Shown piece by piece: positions 1-13,000 of a stretch of 64,000 nucleotides of DNA. The stretch comes from Rhizophagus irregularis (lineage: Eukaryota), in NCBI RefSeq assembly GCF_026210795.1, contig NC_089436.1:1240001-1304000 (forward strand), in the 5' to 3' direction. The notes below the pieces were generated by a model. That model did not search any database. It had not been told where the DNA came from and saw nothing but the letters and a program-made list of their open reading frames with translations. The stretch's first letter is position 1, and every line of letters starts with the position of its first letter. Both the position numbers and the translations under genes were made by a program.

Positions 1-394
1 ATGTTGAACATATTTGAAAAGTTCGTCAGCATTTCTATATTCAGCAGGATGTGATGGAAGTATTTTTTAAGGAATAATGCTGAGAAGCTTTGATTGGATT
101 AAAGGATATTTATATAATACTAGTTCAGTGGCTTTATTTTATTTTATTCTAAAGAGTGGTAAATCATGCCTAATACAATTATAGTTATATGAATGAACAA
201 AGTGAACTATCTGGTATCAAGAACTAGATTTTCATCCCAATATGAGGACCTCACCCTTAGCACTATTTTAACAGTAAAACTACGCTACTGATAATAGTTC
301 AGTGGCTTGAATGAAATTAGCTTAACGAATGGCGCAGCAAAATATAACGTGATTGTAGATCATCAATCACATGGTTTATTACAAGTCCAACACT

Positions 395-550
395 AATGGG
401 CTGAGAATTTTTATTTTGGTTATAAAAATTTTGTCAATAATTTCTTTGCAGATTGTTTTAGCATAACTAAAGATTTGACATCATGTTGCATGCTCATTAT
501 AAGATATGAAATGAGAATTTATCTTGGGGAGTCCCGTATTGTAGATATCA
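395..550 (+). pseudogene. Degenerate fragment of the same pseudokinase family (intron remnant and exon 2 start)
   Basis: TTGCAGATTGTTTTAGCATAACTAAAGATTTGACATCATGTTGCATG aligns to K1 TTGCAGATTATTTTGGCATGACTAAAGATCCGACATCGTGTTACATG (4103-4149). Mirrored at ~57590-57750. Confidence 0.7.
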
Positions 551-1816
551 TGCATTAATTGTTCAACTATAAAAACTATTAAGCTTGGAAATTTAATTTG
601 AGTTTAATTTGGCTCATATAAATTTATAATAACATTATTTACAAAAGTACCATTGATGCATACTGTAAATGATAATGAATTTGTTTTTTGGAAGGTTGGC
701 GTAACGGAAAATATTTCATGCAATAATTACAAATTTAAATATAATTTTTAATTTCTCTGATATTTCATTCCTTTTTAGTGGAATAGAAGTTCCTATTGGA
801 ATTCTCATATATTTATATTTCCAACAATACAGTCAGTGAAATGATATCGAGATAGTACTAAATCAAGAATATCTAAAGAAATTAAAATAAATAAGATAAT
901 CCGTTACGTTTTCGTATACATATTATTAATAATACGAGTTATCACTTTATCAATTTATCGAACCACAACAACCTTCATTCCGTAAAGACAAGATAAATTT
1001 CAGCACAAGATTCTTTTGCAAGTAAATATTTATGAATGAATTTTCGTCAGATTATTCGGCAATTATGATGACTTTTGCCGAATTATATGTAAAAGGGAAT
1101 ACAGCAATATTAAACCTATATAGTCACATTAGTAAACGGGAGGATTATCATCATAGAGTTAAAAAGTATTTAACCTTAATTAATTTATATCAAATAATAA
1201 CTTTATCTTATTGTAAGTAGAAACGATGATTCGGGATGATTCGGAATGCATTGCACGTTCCTTGGCGTTCACGGATTTAGCTCACTTGATGATCGGAGTG
1301 TCGATCATTTTGGCGTTAATTTTGGCCAAAATGATCGAAATTCGATCAAGTGAGTCGTGTAGATCATTCCTTTTTTGATAATTCCAGGCGGCATTACGAA
1401 ATTTTGGCCCTGAAAAGATACATAGAGCTAATAGTGTATGCGTGGGTCCCGATATCAAATATTTGGAATATTACCAAATTTCGGTATGCTTAAGCAGGAT
1501 AACAAATTATTTTTTTTTTCCTCGAAAGCGGATACTCTAAATCTTGTGGATACAAAATCAAATTACGTGCAACATATACTATAAAACACATGTTTCTTAA
1601 CTATGCAGATAATAAATTGGCATTTGTGTACAGCATTAATAATTTTAGCTTGATTCGTCTGTAATCCCCTGTCGCACTAAGTGTCACCCATGATCACCTC
1701 ATACTAATTTTTAAAAATTGCGAGTGATTAGCTGAGTTTGTAAATGACCGGGAATCTTCGTTTACTTATTTCCCGGGCCCCATATAGATAGCCGGGAAAT
1801 TACTACTTTTAGTTTA

Positions 1817-2027
1817 CAGCTGATTTCATAATGTACGGGACACTTAACAAATTTTAAAGAACTCGGAAGTATTCGGTAAAGCTTGATATATAAAATAAAA
1901 ATTATACGCTAATTTTGGAGTACTATTCCGAGAATGGTGGTATAATTTTATCCTATTGTGAGCTTTACCGAATATTTCCGAGTTCTTTAAAATTTGCTAA
2001 GTGTCCCGTACATTATGAAATCAGCCG
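1817..2027. mobile_element. Tc1/mariner(pogo)-type MITE
   Basis: ~70-bp TIR CAGCTGATTTCATAATGTACGGGACACTT...; TA on both sides; absent from the paralogous site at ~56450. Confidence 0.85.
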
Positions 2028-3376
2028 TAAAATAGTTAATGAGTGACACGCTCCAGGGGATTACCCATTTTTTTCATGGGAAGGGGGAAAAACCCTATTA
2101 TTCCCCCATGAAATAAATAATACTAATATTTAAGTTTATTATGTATCTAATAAAATTCTTTTTCTGGAATTTCCCGAAACCTTTATAAATTAAATTAAGG
2201 TTGTTCATAGAACACAGAAAAATACGACATATAAGGTTTACGCAATTCACTGATAACAATTAATGCTCCGAAGTATTATCCTTAAGTAAAATTCAATAAT
2301 ATAATTTTGACATACTTTATTTTTTCACCTTTTTGATAAAAACACAAAAAACAGCCACGTAAAATTCCCAAAAATTCGAAACATTAATTTTAACTCAATT
2401 GTGTTATGTAAACAAAAAAAAATAAATAAATAAATAAATAATAAATAATTGCCTTTCGTGCTAGCTTGTAATGTAACAGTTGAAAAATCAAAAGAAAAAA
2501 TTATAATTTCGTATCTCGCTTATCGCTATTTCCGAGACGCGTGTAATAAATTTTTAAAATTTTGTGCTGCGATAAATTTACACGACATCTTAGATACAAT
2601 ATTCTTTTTTTTCTCGCTGCTCATGTAATGTGATGCGAATTTCTGTGAAACTTCAAGATATCAAGATGGCGATGATTATCAAAAAAAAAAAATAGATTGA
2701 TATAATAAATTAAAAACGTTTCGAATTTTAAGTGCTTTTGCTACCTAAAAAATGGTAAACATAAAGTATTAAATAAACAATAAAGAACAAGAATTAATCA
2801 TAAGCTAAATAATTTTAGTTACGTATTTTCGGAAAATCTTTTATTTTTGACAACTGAAATAGTCGAATTTGGAAATCTTTGGAAATTGATTAATCATTAA
2901 TTGCGTTATTGTTTAAAAAACCTTGTTCATTCAATATTCACATGTAAAAATGCGATCAAAATGCGATTACCTCGTGGCATTCTTGACGTTAAAAAAATGT
3001 TGCTATTTCACATGGTTTCATGGGCATTATTCCTAAAGATAGTTTTTTCGTAGTTAAAGTAGTTAATGTAAAATATTTTCAGAGGCAATTACGTAATTTC
3101 GCATTTATACATTATGTATTAAGATTATCCCAATTACAGGTTTCAGAAATTTCGCCAGAACTCATGCACTTATATGTCATGCAAGAAGCAAATCTCGTTG
3201 CAATGTTACACCTTTAAAGATTTTTTTTATTATTATTACATACACCCTTTAGATTTATTTGTCATAATTATAGAAATCTTATTTAAACTGCGATAAAAAA
3301 CAATATGAAATACAGACTTATTGTACTCAAATAAACTAATCAAACTTTTTTTTTTCTGCTAACATATCTAATATAA

Positions 3377-4884
3377 ATGCTTTATGATAGAATGTCGCGG
3401 CTTCCAGAGCCCCCCTTTTATTATTTTTTTTTCGGAGAAAAAAAAATAATAAAAGCAAATTTTCCAAAAAAGCAAATAAAAGAAAAAGCAAATAAGCTGG
3501 AGGTCGTGCGTTTGTCAGACCCGGCCTCCGGGTCTCGGGATTTCGCTATAAATAGTGCAAATAATAAAGCTCTATCATATGGGAATTGTCCAGATTGTAG
3601 AAGTCAACGAACTTCCGCTGCATGGTGTAAAATTTGCGATATTTCAAATTTGAAAGGAAAATTTTATAGTTGGACCAGCGGAAACTCTATGATAGATGAA
3701 TTCATTCAGTATACTCAATTAAATGCAAATGACAGTACGGACTACCTTGAGTGGATTGATTTTAATCAATTCGATTTAGTTGAGAATACTAATAAACGAG
3801 GTGCTTCTAGCTCAATTTATTCTGCAATATGGATGGAAGGCCCAAGTTGGAATCTGGACGAAGAAGCTGAAGTATGGACTCGTAATGGTCCAATTAAAGT
3901 CATCCTAAAGCGATTAGATAATTCCCAGAACATAAATCAAGAGTTCGTAAATCAAGTAAGTATGTAAATAAAAACGCCAAATGGCTGAAAATTTTTATTA
4001 TTGGTCAAACTTAATTATAAATCTAATTGGCATAATTTGGGCTAAAAATTTGTTTAACCAAAAAGTTATATAGATATTATAAATGTTTACAAAGTGGATC
4101 ACTTGCAGATTATTTTGGCATGACTAAAGATCCGACATCGTGTTACATGTTCGTTATGAGATATTATGAAAATGGAAATTTATATTCGTATCTTGACGAA
4201 TCCATGGGAGTCCTTTGCTGGAGAGATATCGTAGATATGTTATGGGCAATATCAGCTGGTCTTAATTTTATTCATGAACGTGATCTCATTCATGGAAATT
4301 TGCACGGAGGGAATATACTAGTTGAGAACGAAATGGATTCAATAGATACTAAAATTGCAGACACGGGAATACACGGTCATGTTGACAAACAAACATCTTA
4401 TAAACAAATTTACGGAGTTATACCTTTCGTTGCTCCTGAAATATTTAATGGGTATACATTAACTAAAGAGTCTGACATATATAGCTTCGGCATGATCATG
4501 TGGATGTTATCAGCTGGTGTACGCCCTTATTGTGATAGACCTCATGATTCACAACTTATACAAGAGATTTGTTCAGGAACCAGACCGAATATAGTCAGTG
4601 GAACTCCGCCTGTTTTCGCTAGATTAATGTTACAATGTTTAGATGCTGATTCATCCAATAGACCAACAGCATCTCAACTTTACGAATGCTTAGGAAATTG
4701 GGTCACGGCAATATGCGACGATCCTGATCCATCCGAATTATCAAATCAATTTGACATTGCTGAAGAAATTAAATTTTCAAATTTAGAACAATTACATTTT
4801 AACATTTTACCATGTCATGAAAAAGCTATATACTACAGTCGACCATTAAATTTTTCGGAACCTTTTCTATATGGAAAAATGTAA
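3377..4884 (+). CDS. TKL-type protein pseudokinase K1 (exons 3377-3955, 4066-4884)
   Basis: A phase-0 GTAAGT..AAAG intron at 3956-4065 joins two ORFs in frame. Subdomain motifs: VILK, HGNLHGGN, ADTG, APE, SDIYSFG. N-terminal CPDC...WCKIC motif. Confidence 0.88.
3391..3551. mobile_element. Dispersed repeat inserted near the K1 start, ATAG duplicated
   Basis: ATAG at 3387-3390 and 3552-3555. Homologous in reverse orientation to the repeat at ~29713-29950 (CCGAGACCCGGA.GCCGG; GACCTCCAG.TTATT). Internal 19-bp perfect hairpin at 3415-3455. Also present in K2 at 54884-55045. Confidence 0.6.
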
Positions 4885-7129
4885 AAAGAGATCGTTTATC
4901 GTATCGCAAATTCGTTTATCATTCATCTTTTGCATGAATACAAATACTGTCGTTAGTAAAATTACGGTAAGAGAAAATTGGCCTTTATCGAAAATACCTT
5001 TATTTCCGTTTAACGCCGGTTCGTTATACCGGAAATTCCTTTCCTTTGTTCCTCCGAATTTCGTTTTATTCGTTTATTTTTTCGTTCGTGAAATATCACA
5101 AAATCACAAACTAAAATCGTAATATTAATATTAACATTTATGGTAAATTCTCTTCGGGTGTTGTTATGTAATTAATTATGTATTCCACACAATTTTTTAA
5201 GAATTTTCAACAAAAATTAATTAAGATTAATTTGACAACTTTTCGTTCACGCCGAATAAAAATCAAAATTTAAATCTATTTTTAACTGAAAATGGAAAAG
5301 TTCCGCGTTTTACTAAAAACTATATCAATTTACTCATTTTTATCAAGAGTATCAATCTATGCTAAATTGTATGAATATACGTCAAAATAAAAACGTGGGA
5401 ATATTATCTGTGATACAATAACATAATCTGTTTATTTTATATCTTCAAAAGACAATGTTATCTTAGCCCATATTGTTATCATTGATAATATTGAATGAAC
5501 TATCTTGCTTTATTGTTTTAATAAAAATAGATTAAAGTTTCGATTATCTGTTAATCTTTACTATTTTTAAATACTTAAAAAGTTTAACGTTTTTTATATA
5601 TTCATAGTATCATAGTATCAATCAAAGTTATAATTAAGAGGTGTTCTTAATATATAATATATATTTAGCATAATATTTAATAATATCAATATGATGAATA
5701 AGATGATGAGATAATAATGCGCGTAATTTTATAGATATGATGTTAAATGATGTTAAATGATGATACAGCCGTTTGGCCTTTTTATATTTCCGTTAAGCAT
5801 ATTTTAATCATATACGTACTAAAACTTTAATGGCTACATTAAATGTGCATAATCGATAAGAATAGATTTTCATGTGTAAATAATGTAGGAGTTATCTACT
5901 TATATTATATTATTTATATTATATCTGATATTATTTATATTATATAATCATTTTGTTTATATAGTTGTTCACTACAACTAATCTTAATTTAACATTGACA
6001 GGTTATGTTAGTATATGTAGTACAAACTTCAGGGGTTATCTGATATGCATAACAAGCTAATGTCGTCTAAATTGTAGTAAAGTGTAAATTATCCAATCAT
6101 TGATCATCATACTATTGTTTTCTGTCGTTTCGTTTGTTTAAAATTCTTGTTTACAAAATAAGCGACTCCAAGCTATTTTTTTTAAAAAAAAAGAAATTCA
6201 TCATAACTGTTATAATATTAAGGCATGATGCACAGAAGAGGAAATAGTCGGCCAAACAAAATACGAATCATTAACATGTCCTTAAACGGCATATTCGTTA
6301 AAATAATTCACTATATTTACGTACTTTGGCTAGAAAATTGTCAAATGTGCCTTACAAAGTTGTGAGAAGGCGGCTAAAGGAGCTTGGCTATAAAATTGGG
6401 ACACCAATGCTTACAGTATTTCAAAGCAAAACGTATCGAATGGTATAAAAATCATTTAATTAACCGTGAGAGAATTACGTTGAAACAGCGTTTCAGTTAT
6501 TTAGGAAAACAATTAAATATTTATATAAGGATTTTAGATCAACTGAAAATCGACAAAAAAATCTTGACATGGAGTGTATTTTTTTTTTAATGTAACAACA
6601 TGTTTGCTTCGTTTTATACAAATGACAGATGCAAAATTTTATGTTGAATTCTGTAGTAGTTTGAAGAATGATTGGGAGAAGATGGAAATTTCAATAAGAC
6701 AACAACTAGCTACGAGTCGGCTTGCAAAAAAAATTTTTCAAGAAAATGTTTGTTTCAGATCTTTTCGTCAAACATAACGTAGAAAAAGATTATATGATTA
6801 AAGGGTAGGAGAAACTTCTTAAAGAGTTTTTTGGTTAAACTCGATCAATGAGAAAACGATATCACTCATATCAGCTTAATTGAGAGAAATGGTAAAGGAT
6901 TCCTATTAATTTATTAAATATTATATTAGTAAAAAGCTCTGTTTTAAGCTTTCGAATAATCAGAATTAATTCATTATTGACGAGTCAATTTTTTTTGTTT
7001 CACACTATCTGTATATTATTTTATAGATAAGAATTTATTTAGTTCGTTTAAGCAATGTTAATTTTTATAGGTTTAAAAGCCATTATAAACATCAAGAAAA
7101 AAAGAAACTATCTAATAATAAAAGAACTA

Positions 7130-7745
7130 AAACAGAATTAAAAGGAAATATCTATTAAATCTATATTTTCAAAAAGTACTAATATATCCTTATGAGATTG
7201 TCATGCACCTAAGAAATTAGAAGAGGTCCATCGGATATGAGCAGTTTGGTCCAAACGAGGATTAATTTTATAATATGGAGTGTGCTTTCTGGCGTGCGAA
7301 ATGTGCCTTGGTCAATTGTGTTGGCTTGAGCGTGATTGAGAGATCCCGGTTATCTATCGTGTGACGAGCGGTAAATTTAATGATAGTTGCGTTTTTTTCG
7401 TTTATTAACTCCAATTGATTTTCCCCAACGTTTGAAATGATGAAATAATTGTAATATCAATGGAGTACGCGTACGTTCTTGTCCAATGTAATTGTAAAAA
7501 TAGACGTGAGTTCTACTGGGATCAAATTGAAGATTAATAGAAATCAAGAATGTGCTTGAGTCAACGGTAAGTGTAACCGGAGAATAAATCTAATTTGTTG
7601 ACACGTTCAACTAAGTCAAAAGTAAGAGTATTTGAAGCGTTATCAATTAATAAATTAGCTAGAATGGTTGGCGTGTTTAAGTAAAATATCTCGGATTGAC
7701 GCTTGATGTTTGAGGCATAGTAGTGTATAATGTTTATCCATTTCT
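7130..7745 (-). mobile_element. Degenerate LINE ORF2 3' fragment
   Basis: Minus-strand translation TPYYKINPRLDQTAHIRWTSSNFL matches TPYYRDGG..HAHIRWTTSNYL of the LINE at 14093-14767; contains stops and frameshifts. Confidence 0.75.
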
Positions 7746-8490
7746 CAGTGAACTGCCAGTCTCTGAGTCGAAGTCCCTACAAAAAACAAGAAAAAAAGTT
7801 TAAAAAAACTTTCATTTTCAAGTTTCAATTTTTTTTTTCGAAATTTAACTGGATTCCGGTACTCATATTGGAGTTGATTTCCCTACAAAAAAAAAACAAA
7901 AAAAAGTTAAAAAATGTATTTTCTAGAAACTTACCTGTACAACACATTCAGGTCGTCTAAAAAAAAAGAAAAAAAAAGAAATTAGTAACCTTTAAAGATA
8001 TAATAAAGAAATTAAAAAACAATACACTCACCAAAATCCTGCGTCCATAAGAGCCATACTGCCTAAAAACGGAAAAACGAATTGTTATTAAAGTTCATTA
8101 AAAAAAATAATAAAATGAAAATAAAGACAAAACCTTCGTTTTTACTTGCCGATCCAAAGAGACTTCTGGCCGCCTAAAAAAAAATGAAATGTTGGTGGTG
8201 AACGTTTCATTAGAGAAATTAAAGAGAAGTTTGTTTTCCACCAAATTTCTAAGCATCTTCTGGCCATTTAAATGAAAGAAAATGAAACGTTAGTGAACAT
8301 TTCACAAAAAGAATTAAAATAAAGAAAAGAAAAAACTAAAATTTCCTTACCAAAATCCCATATTTGAAAGAACCACCTGAAAAAAAAAGAGAACGAACTA
8401 TTAGCTGTTTGTAACAATTAAAGAAAAAAAACTGAAAAACTTACCAAGATTTTGCGTCCCAGATTGAAAGAGAGAATGAAAGAACTGCCT
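7734..8490 (-). other. Array of ~8 putative micro-exons (22-44 nt) separated by 52-87 nt introns
   Basis: Repeated minus-strand polyT-AG / short GC-richer block / donor (GTAAGT, GTAAGG, GTGAGT, GCAAGT) units, with CTAAY branch-like motifs. Blocks at 8445-8488, 8351-8376, 8242-8267, 8150-8173, 8032-8062, 7935-7956, 7850-7882 and from 7776 downward. Confidence 0.6.
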
Positions 8491-8786
8491 AAAAAATATA
8501 AAATATTCAGATTTTTAAAAGAAAGACGAAGGCGAAGGAAAGGGAAAAGGGAAAGGAAAGAGGAAGCGAAAAGGAAAGGGGAACGAGAGAAAAAAGTTTT
8601 TTTAAAAAAAGATCAGATAATAGATAGGATTATCTGTATCTGGTATGTGTAACAAAAAAATAATAATACACAAACAGAATATTACTAATTGAGATTGAAT
8701 AATTTTAATTTTGGCTGAATATAGGCCAAATTGCTAAAAGGTCGAATATTCTTATTTTGACTAGTAGGGTAAAGAAAGGGAAGAAA

Positions 8787-9018
8787 AGGACCCAGAAATA
8801 TATATATAGGGGTCAGGTGATGAAAAAATTTTTTACTATGAGCTGTACGCATTTTTTCAGGGCCGGAATTATGATAATGTCAGTCGGTTACTATAATAGG
8901 AAATAATATTCTGACTGGAATTATCAAAAATTATCTAAAAAAGGAAAGATTTTCATGATTTTTTAGTTCAAAATACGCAAACTCAAACCTGACCCTTTTA
9001 TATATATTTCTGGGTCCT
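8787..9018. mobile_element. MITE with 8-bp TSD
   Basis: TIR AGGACCCAGAAATATATATA..GGGTCAGG; TSD GGAAGAAA at 8779-8786 and 9019-9026. Confidence 0.85.
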
Positions 9019-9274
9019 GGAAGAAAGGGAGACAGAAAAAAAAGTAAAAGGAAGAAGGAAGATGAAAAAAAAGAAGAATTGAATTAAAGTTTCTTTGACT
9101 TCATGCATTTAAAGCTTAAAATTCGCATATCAAAAAATCACGTGATTTGTGGCGTAGTTTGATTTGGAGATTTACTCAAGCATATCCTACAAAAATGGCA
9201 TTCAAAACAATTTGCACACACTTTCAAATGTAACACAATTGTAAAGTGATCACGTGTTAGTGTATATAGAATAG

Positions 9275-10015
9275 GAGCATCCTTATCCTGGGCCACGGTC
9301 CAGATGCTTATCCTGGACCAGCAAATCTAATTGGATGAGATTGTTTTGTGTAACATTTGTCTTGGAAAAAAAAACAATTCGCGTTTTTTTTAAAAAAAAA
9401 GTTACGAAATGCCTTTTTTTAAAGCATTTAATACTACCGTTTTAAAGTAATATGTTATTTAAAATTTGTATTTTGGTATGCATTTTATTAAACTTTATTA
9501 ATAAATAAGTAAAATTGCATATATAACTTTATAAAAAAGGTCTTTACATTATTTTTTACTGTAATTTTATTATTAAAATTATTTTAACGTTAATATCAAA
9601 ACAAAAGTACAAAGTAATAGTATTATATTAGCTTTAAAAGTTTTGTTATAAATGTGTAATTTACAACCTTTTTTGAACAACTTTGCTTAACCCCAAAACT
9701 TAAAAAAAAAACACTTGATTTCCAGAATAATATCAATATATCATAAAACTCTTCAAAAAGAAAATAAAAAACATTTAGTATTATCATAAAACTACAATAA
9801 ATACAATTAAAATTAAAATATACAAACTGAAATGAAATATGAAATACTAAGTACCAACATACCACAAAAAAGAATAGAGAAAGAGTGAAAGATAGAAAGA
9901 GTAAGAGATAAAATAAATTATGCCGGAGTTATGTAATAAAAGGGCTGATTAGCCAATCAAAAGTTGACTGGTCCAGAATAAGCATCTGGACCGGTGGATC
10001 AGGTTAAGGATGGCC
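9275..10015. mobile_element. Non-autonomous Mutator-like element
   Basis: Imperfect ~50-bp TIR (CATCCTT..GGTCCAGATGCTTAT.CTGGACCAG); 9-bp TSD ATAGAATAG at 9266-9274 and 10016-10024. Confidence 0.8.
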
Positions 10016-10060
10016 ATAGAATAGGATTAACATTTATTCATACATATACATGTGATAAAG

Positions 10061-13000
10061 CAATGGGATCTCTTCGAGAAGACATTAATCGAACTCAAAG
10101 AGGATATTATACCACAAAAATCTATCAACTCAAACACATCATCAAACCCAGATTTGCCCCTTGAATTACGACAGATGAATAATCACGTGATTCTTTTATA
10201 TCAAGTGAAACAGTTCTTAAATTTGAAACATATCAAAATCCGTTTTAAATTAAATTTCACACCCACATTAACAACTATACACAACATTCCACAATATATA
10301 TGAGACACCTATTACGAAGGATGGATGAAATACCTCCCTCGCCTTAAAGTCTTATTAGACTTCAACAATTTATCAATTATTTTACCATCAACTGTCACTC
10401 CTGATAATTTTGTATCAACAAAGGATGAAATTTACCGATTATATCATACAATGAAGACCGCTTACAAATCTGTGTATGATAAATATCTTTCAGACAAAAT
10501 AAGTTCTTATGTTATAGAACGTAATGACAACTTACAACATGATCAAACCAAAATGATTAATTCCATTTTAAATCGTAAACCACGTCGCATTGTGCTTGAT
10601 AGACTTTCATTTGTTGACGACAAAGGTGACTATATATTTACTAACAACCCAGAAATTATAGAAAAAGAAGCCGTCAAACATTTCCAACATCAAGCGGGGC
10701 CTCCAAATGAAAAGGATATTAGGAATTTAGATTCCCTACCACAAGATTGGAAAGATCATTATGATCCTACTTTACAGAACATCAAAGAAGAATGGTGGAA
10801 TAATTTAGTTGAACCGATCACTTTAATGGACCTTTCCTCCATTTTCAAAAAATTGAATAACAACAAAGCACCAGGTCCTTCCAAAATCACATACGAAGAC
10901 ATCATACATTTATATGAGGATACTTTAAAGATCCTCGTTACAATATTTAACGCCTGTATAACACTTAAAGTGATTCCAGATAACTGGAAACACGCTTTAC
11001 TTTTTCTGATACTAAAACCACACGATTGGAATTGCAAATTAACCAATACAAGGCCTATCACTCTCTTGGAAACCCCCAGGAAATTATTAGTCAACATTAT
11101 TTCAACAAGGTTAAACCATACGCTTTCTAAACACCCAATTTTACAATTTAACAATAAAGCGGGCGTCTTGGGGCAATCAACTTTAGAATCACTCATGATT
11201 ATACAACATCTAATAGAACACGCTCGTATTAAGAAAAAACCCATCTGGATCGTATTACAAGATTTATCAAAAGCATACGATCGCGTTGATTTACGATTAT
11301 TGAAGTTGGCGCTAGAACGTCTAAAAATTCCTGATATAATCACTACTTTTTTTCTTAATTTGTTCACAGACAGATATAATGAAATCATAACCACGAATGG
11401 TTTGTTGCCATCTTATACAGTTCTCCAAGGCATCGACCAAGGTGAAGTTATTTCACCACTCCTATGGAACATATATTACGATCCGATATTTCATCGTATC
11501 AATCAATTGACCCATTTGCATTACTCTACCTTTGCGACACAAAAGAAAAATTGTCAACACAAAGATAATGATATCATTCATACTTTTGATATCTCTGTAG
11601 TGGGCTATTTAGACGACACTACGTGGTTTGGCTCTTCACAATCACAAATTGAAGAAAAATTATCAATAGCCAATTCCTTTTACGATCTTAATAATATTAA
11701 AGTTAATATGGACAAATATAAAATTTTAACAAATGACCGCTCCATCAAACAATCGAATATCATCCTTACAATCAACAACCGACCATATGAAGCGCCCATC
11801 ACGTTTCGCAATAAAGGCGAACGTATTTTAGGCTTATATATCAATGCATTAGATAAACACACACAAATGATACAAAAGGGCAAACAAATAGTGATGGCTC
11901 ATTACAATATTATGAAAAACAAAAAATTGACACATCACCATATACAATATATTATTAACAAAATAGTTATACCAAAATTGGAATATATTTTCCAACATAC
12001 GATCCTTAATTTAAAACAATGTCAGTCTTTAATGGGACCATTAAAAAGATTATTCAAACAACGTTTGAACCTTCCGTCGAATACGGCGGATAATATTATT
12101 TATAATCATATGTTTCAATCTATTAATAATTTTTTTGATATACAAATGAAATCACAACTTAACATTTTAGGTGCACTTTTTAATACACCGGTTCTTCGAG
12201 AAATAGCGATTCAGAAAGTATACAACACGCTGTCAGAGATCTGGTATCCTACTATTCCGTCCAACATTAACACATATATAGACCATATCGCAAAGCCTAC
12301 CTACCTAACTAAAGCGTTAGGTTTGCTTAATCATTATGGATTTTCAATTAATTTCACATTTGATATTAACATTTTAGGAGGTAATACCCCTATACGAGAT
12401 TATATGTCAGATCTTTCTATCGCTGACATCCAATCTCTAAAAGCCAAAAATATTATTTATATGGATCAAGTCGTTTCATCAGATGGAAATTACTTACTTT
12501 CATGGCCTGATGTAAAAAGAAATAATAACAACAATTACAGCGGTCCAATCTCGGCGTGGTATAAGAAATTAACGGACAATTATGTACTTAGTAATAATTT
12601 ACGTTTAATCCACCCTCTTAACGATGTTGTGTGCGACATTAGTAGAACACACAAATCCCCTCCAACTATGCCAGCTATTACGACACCTAAATCACAATGG
12701 TCAATACATTGGAATAATGTACAAAAACAAGTAATTTTTGGTAAAACTTTATCACAAGACACAGATCATTCAACTTCTATTTCTTATTTACAACATTTTA
12801 TACCCCAACAAACCCATTATGATAATAATTTAACACCTAAAAAACAACTACTTGGACTTGTTGCGTGCAAGGGCTGCCTCTTACACTCCTATTATCCACA
12901 CGACACTCGTCCAACATGCGTTATTGCAATAAGAACACAAAAATTATTGTTGTTTAATATTTTTAAAAAATCCTCTTCTGAATATAAATCGCTTTTAGAA

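Larger units (their letters stand above)
388..6572 (+). repeat. Segmental duplication unit K1 (5' flank + pseudokinase + 3' flank)
   Basis: 388-~6050 is the reverse complement of ~52257-57752 (e.g. AACACTAATGG at 389 vs CCATTAGTGTT at 57741). ~4135-6572 is the reverse complement of 61509-64000. Confidence 0.9.

Noticed and set aside
3020..3217. 65-aa ORF conserved at 55237-55434
   Set aside because: Conservation is explained by the recent duplication; the frame is broken in the older copies at ~24068 and ~48330.
8452..8652. Lys/Arg/Glu-rich ORF
   Set aside because: Translation of a polypurine tract; the splice signals point to the opposite strand.
10759..11394. 211-aa minus-strand ORF
   Set aside because: Antisense shadow of the RT domain; no recognisable motif.
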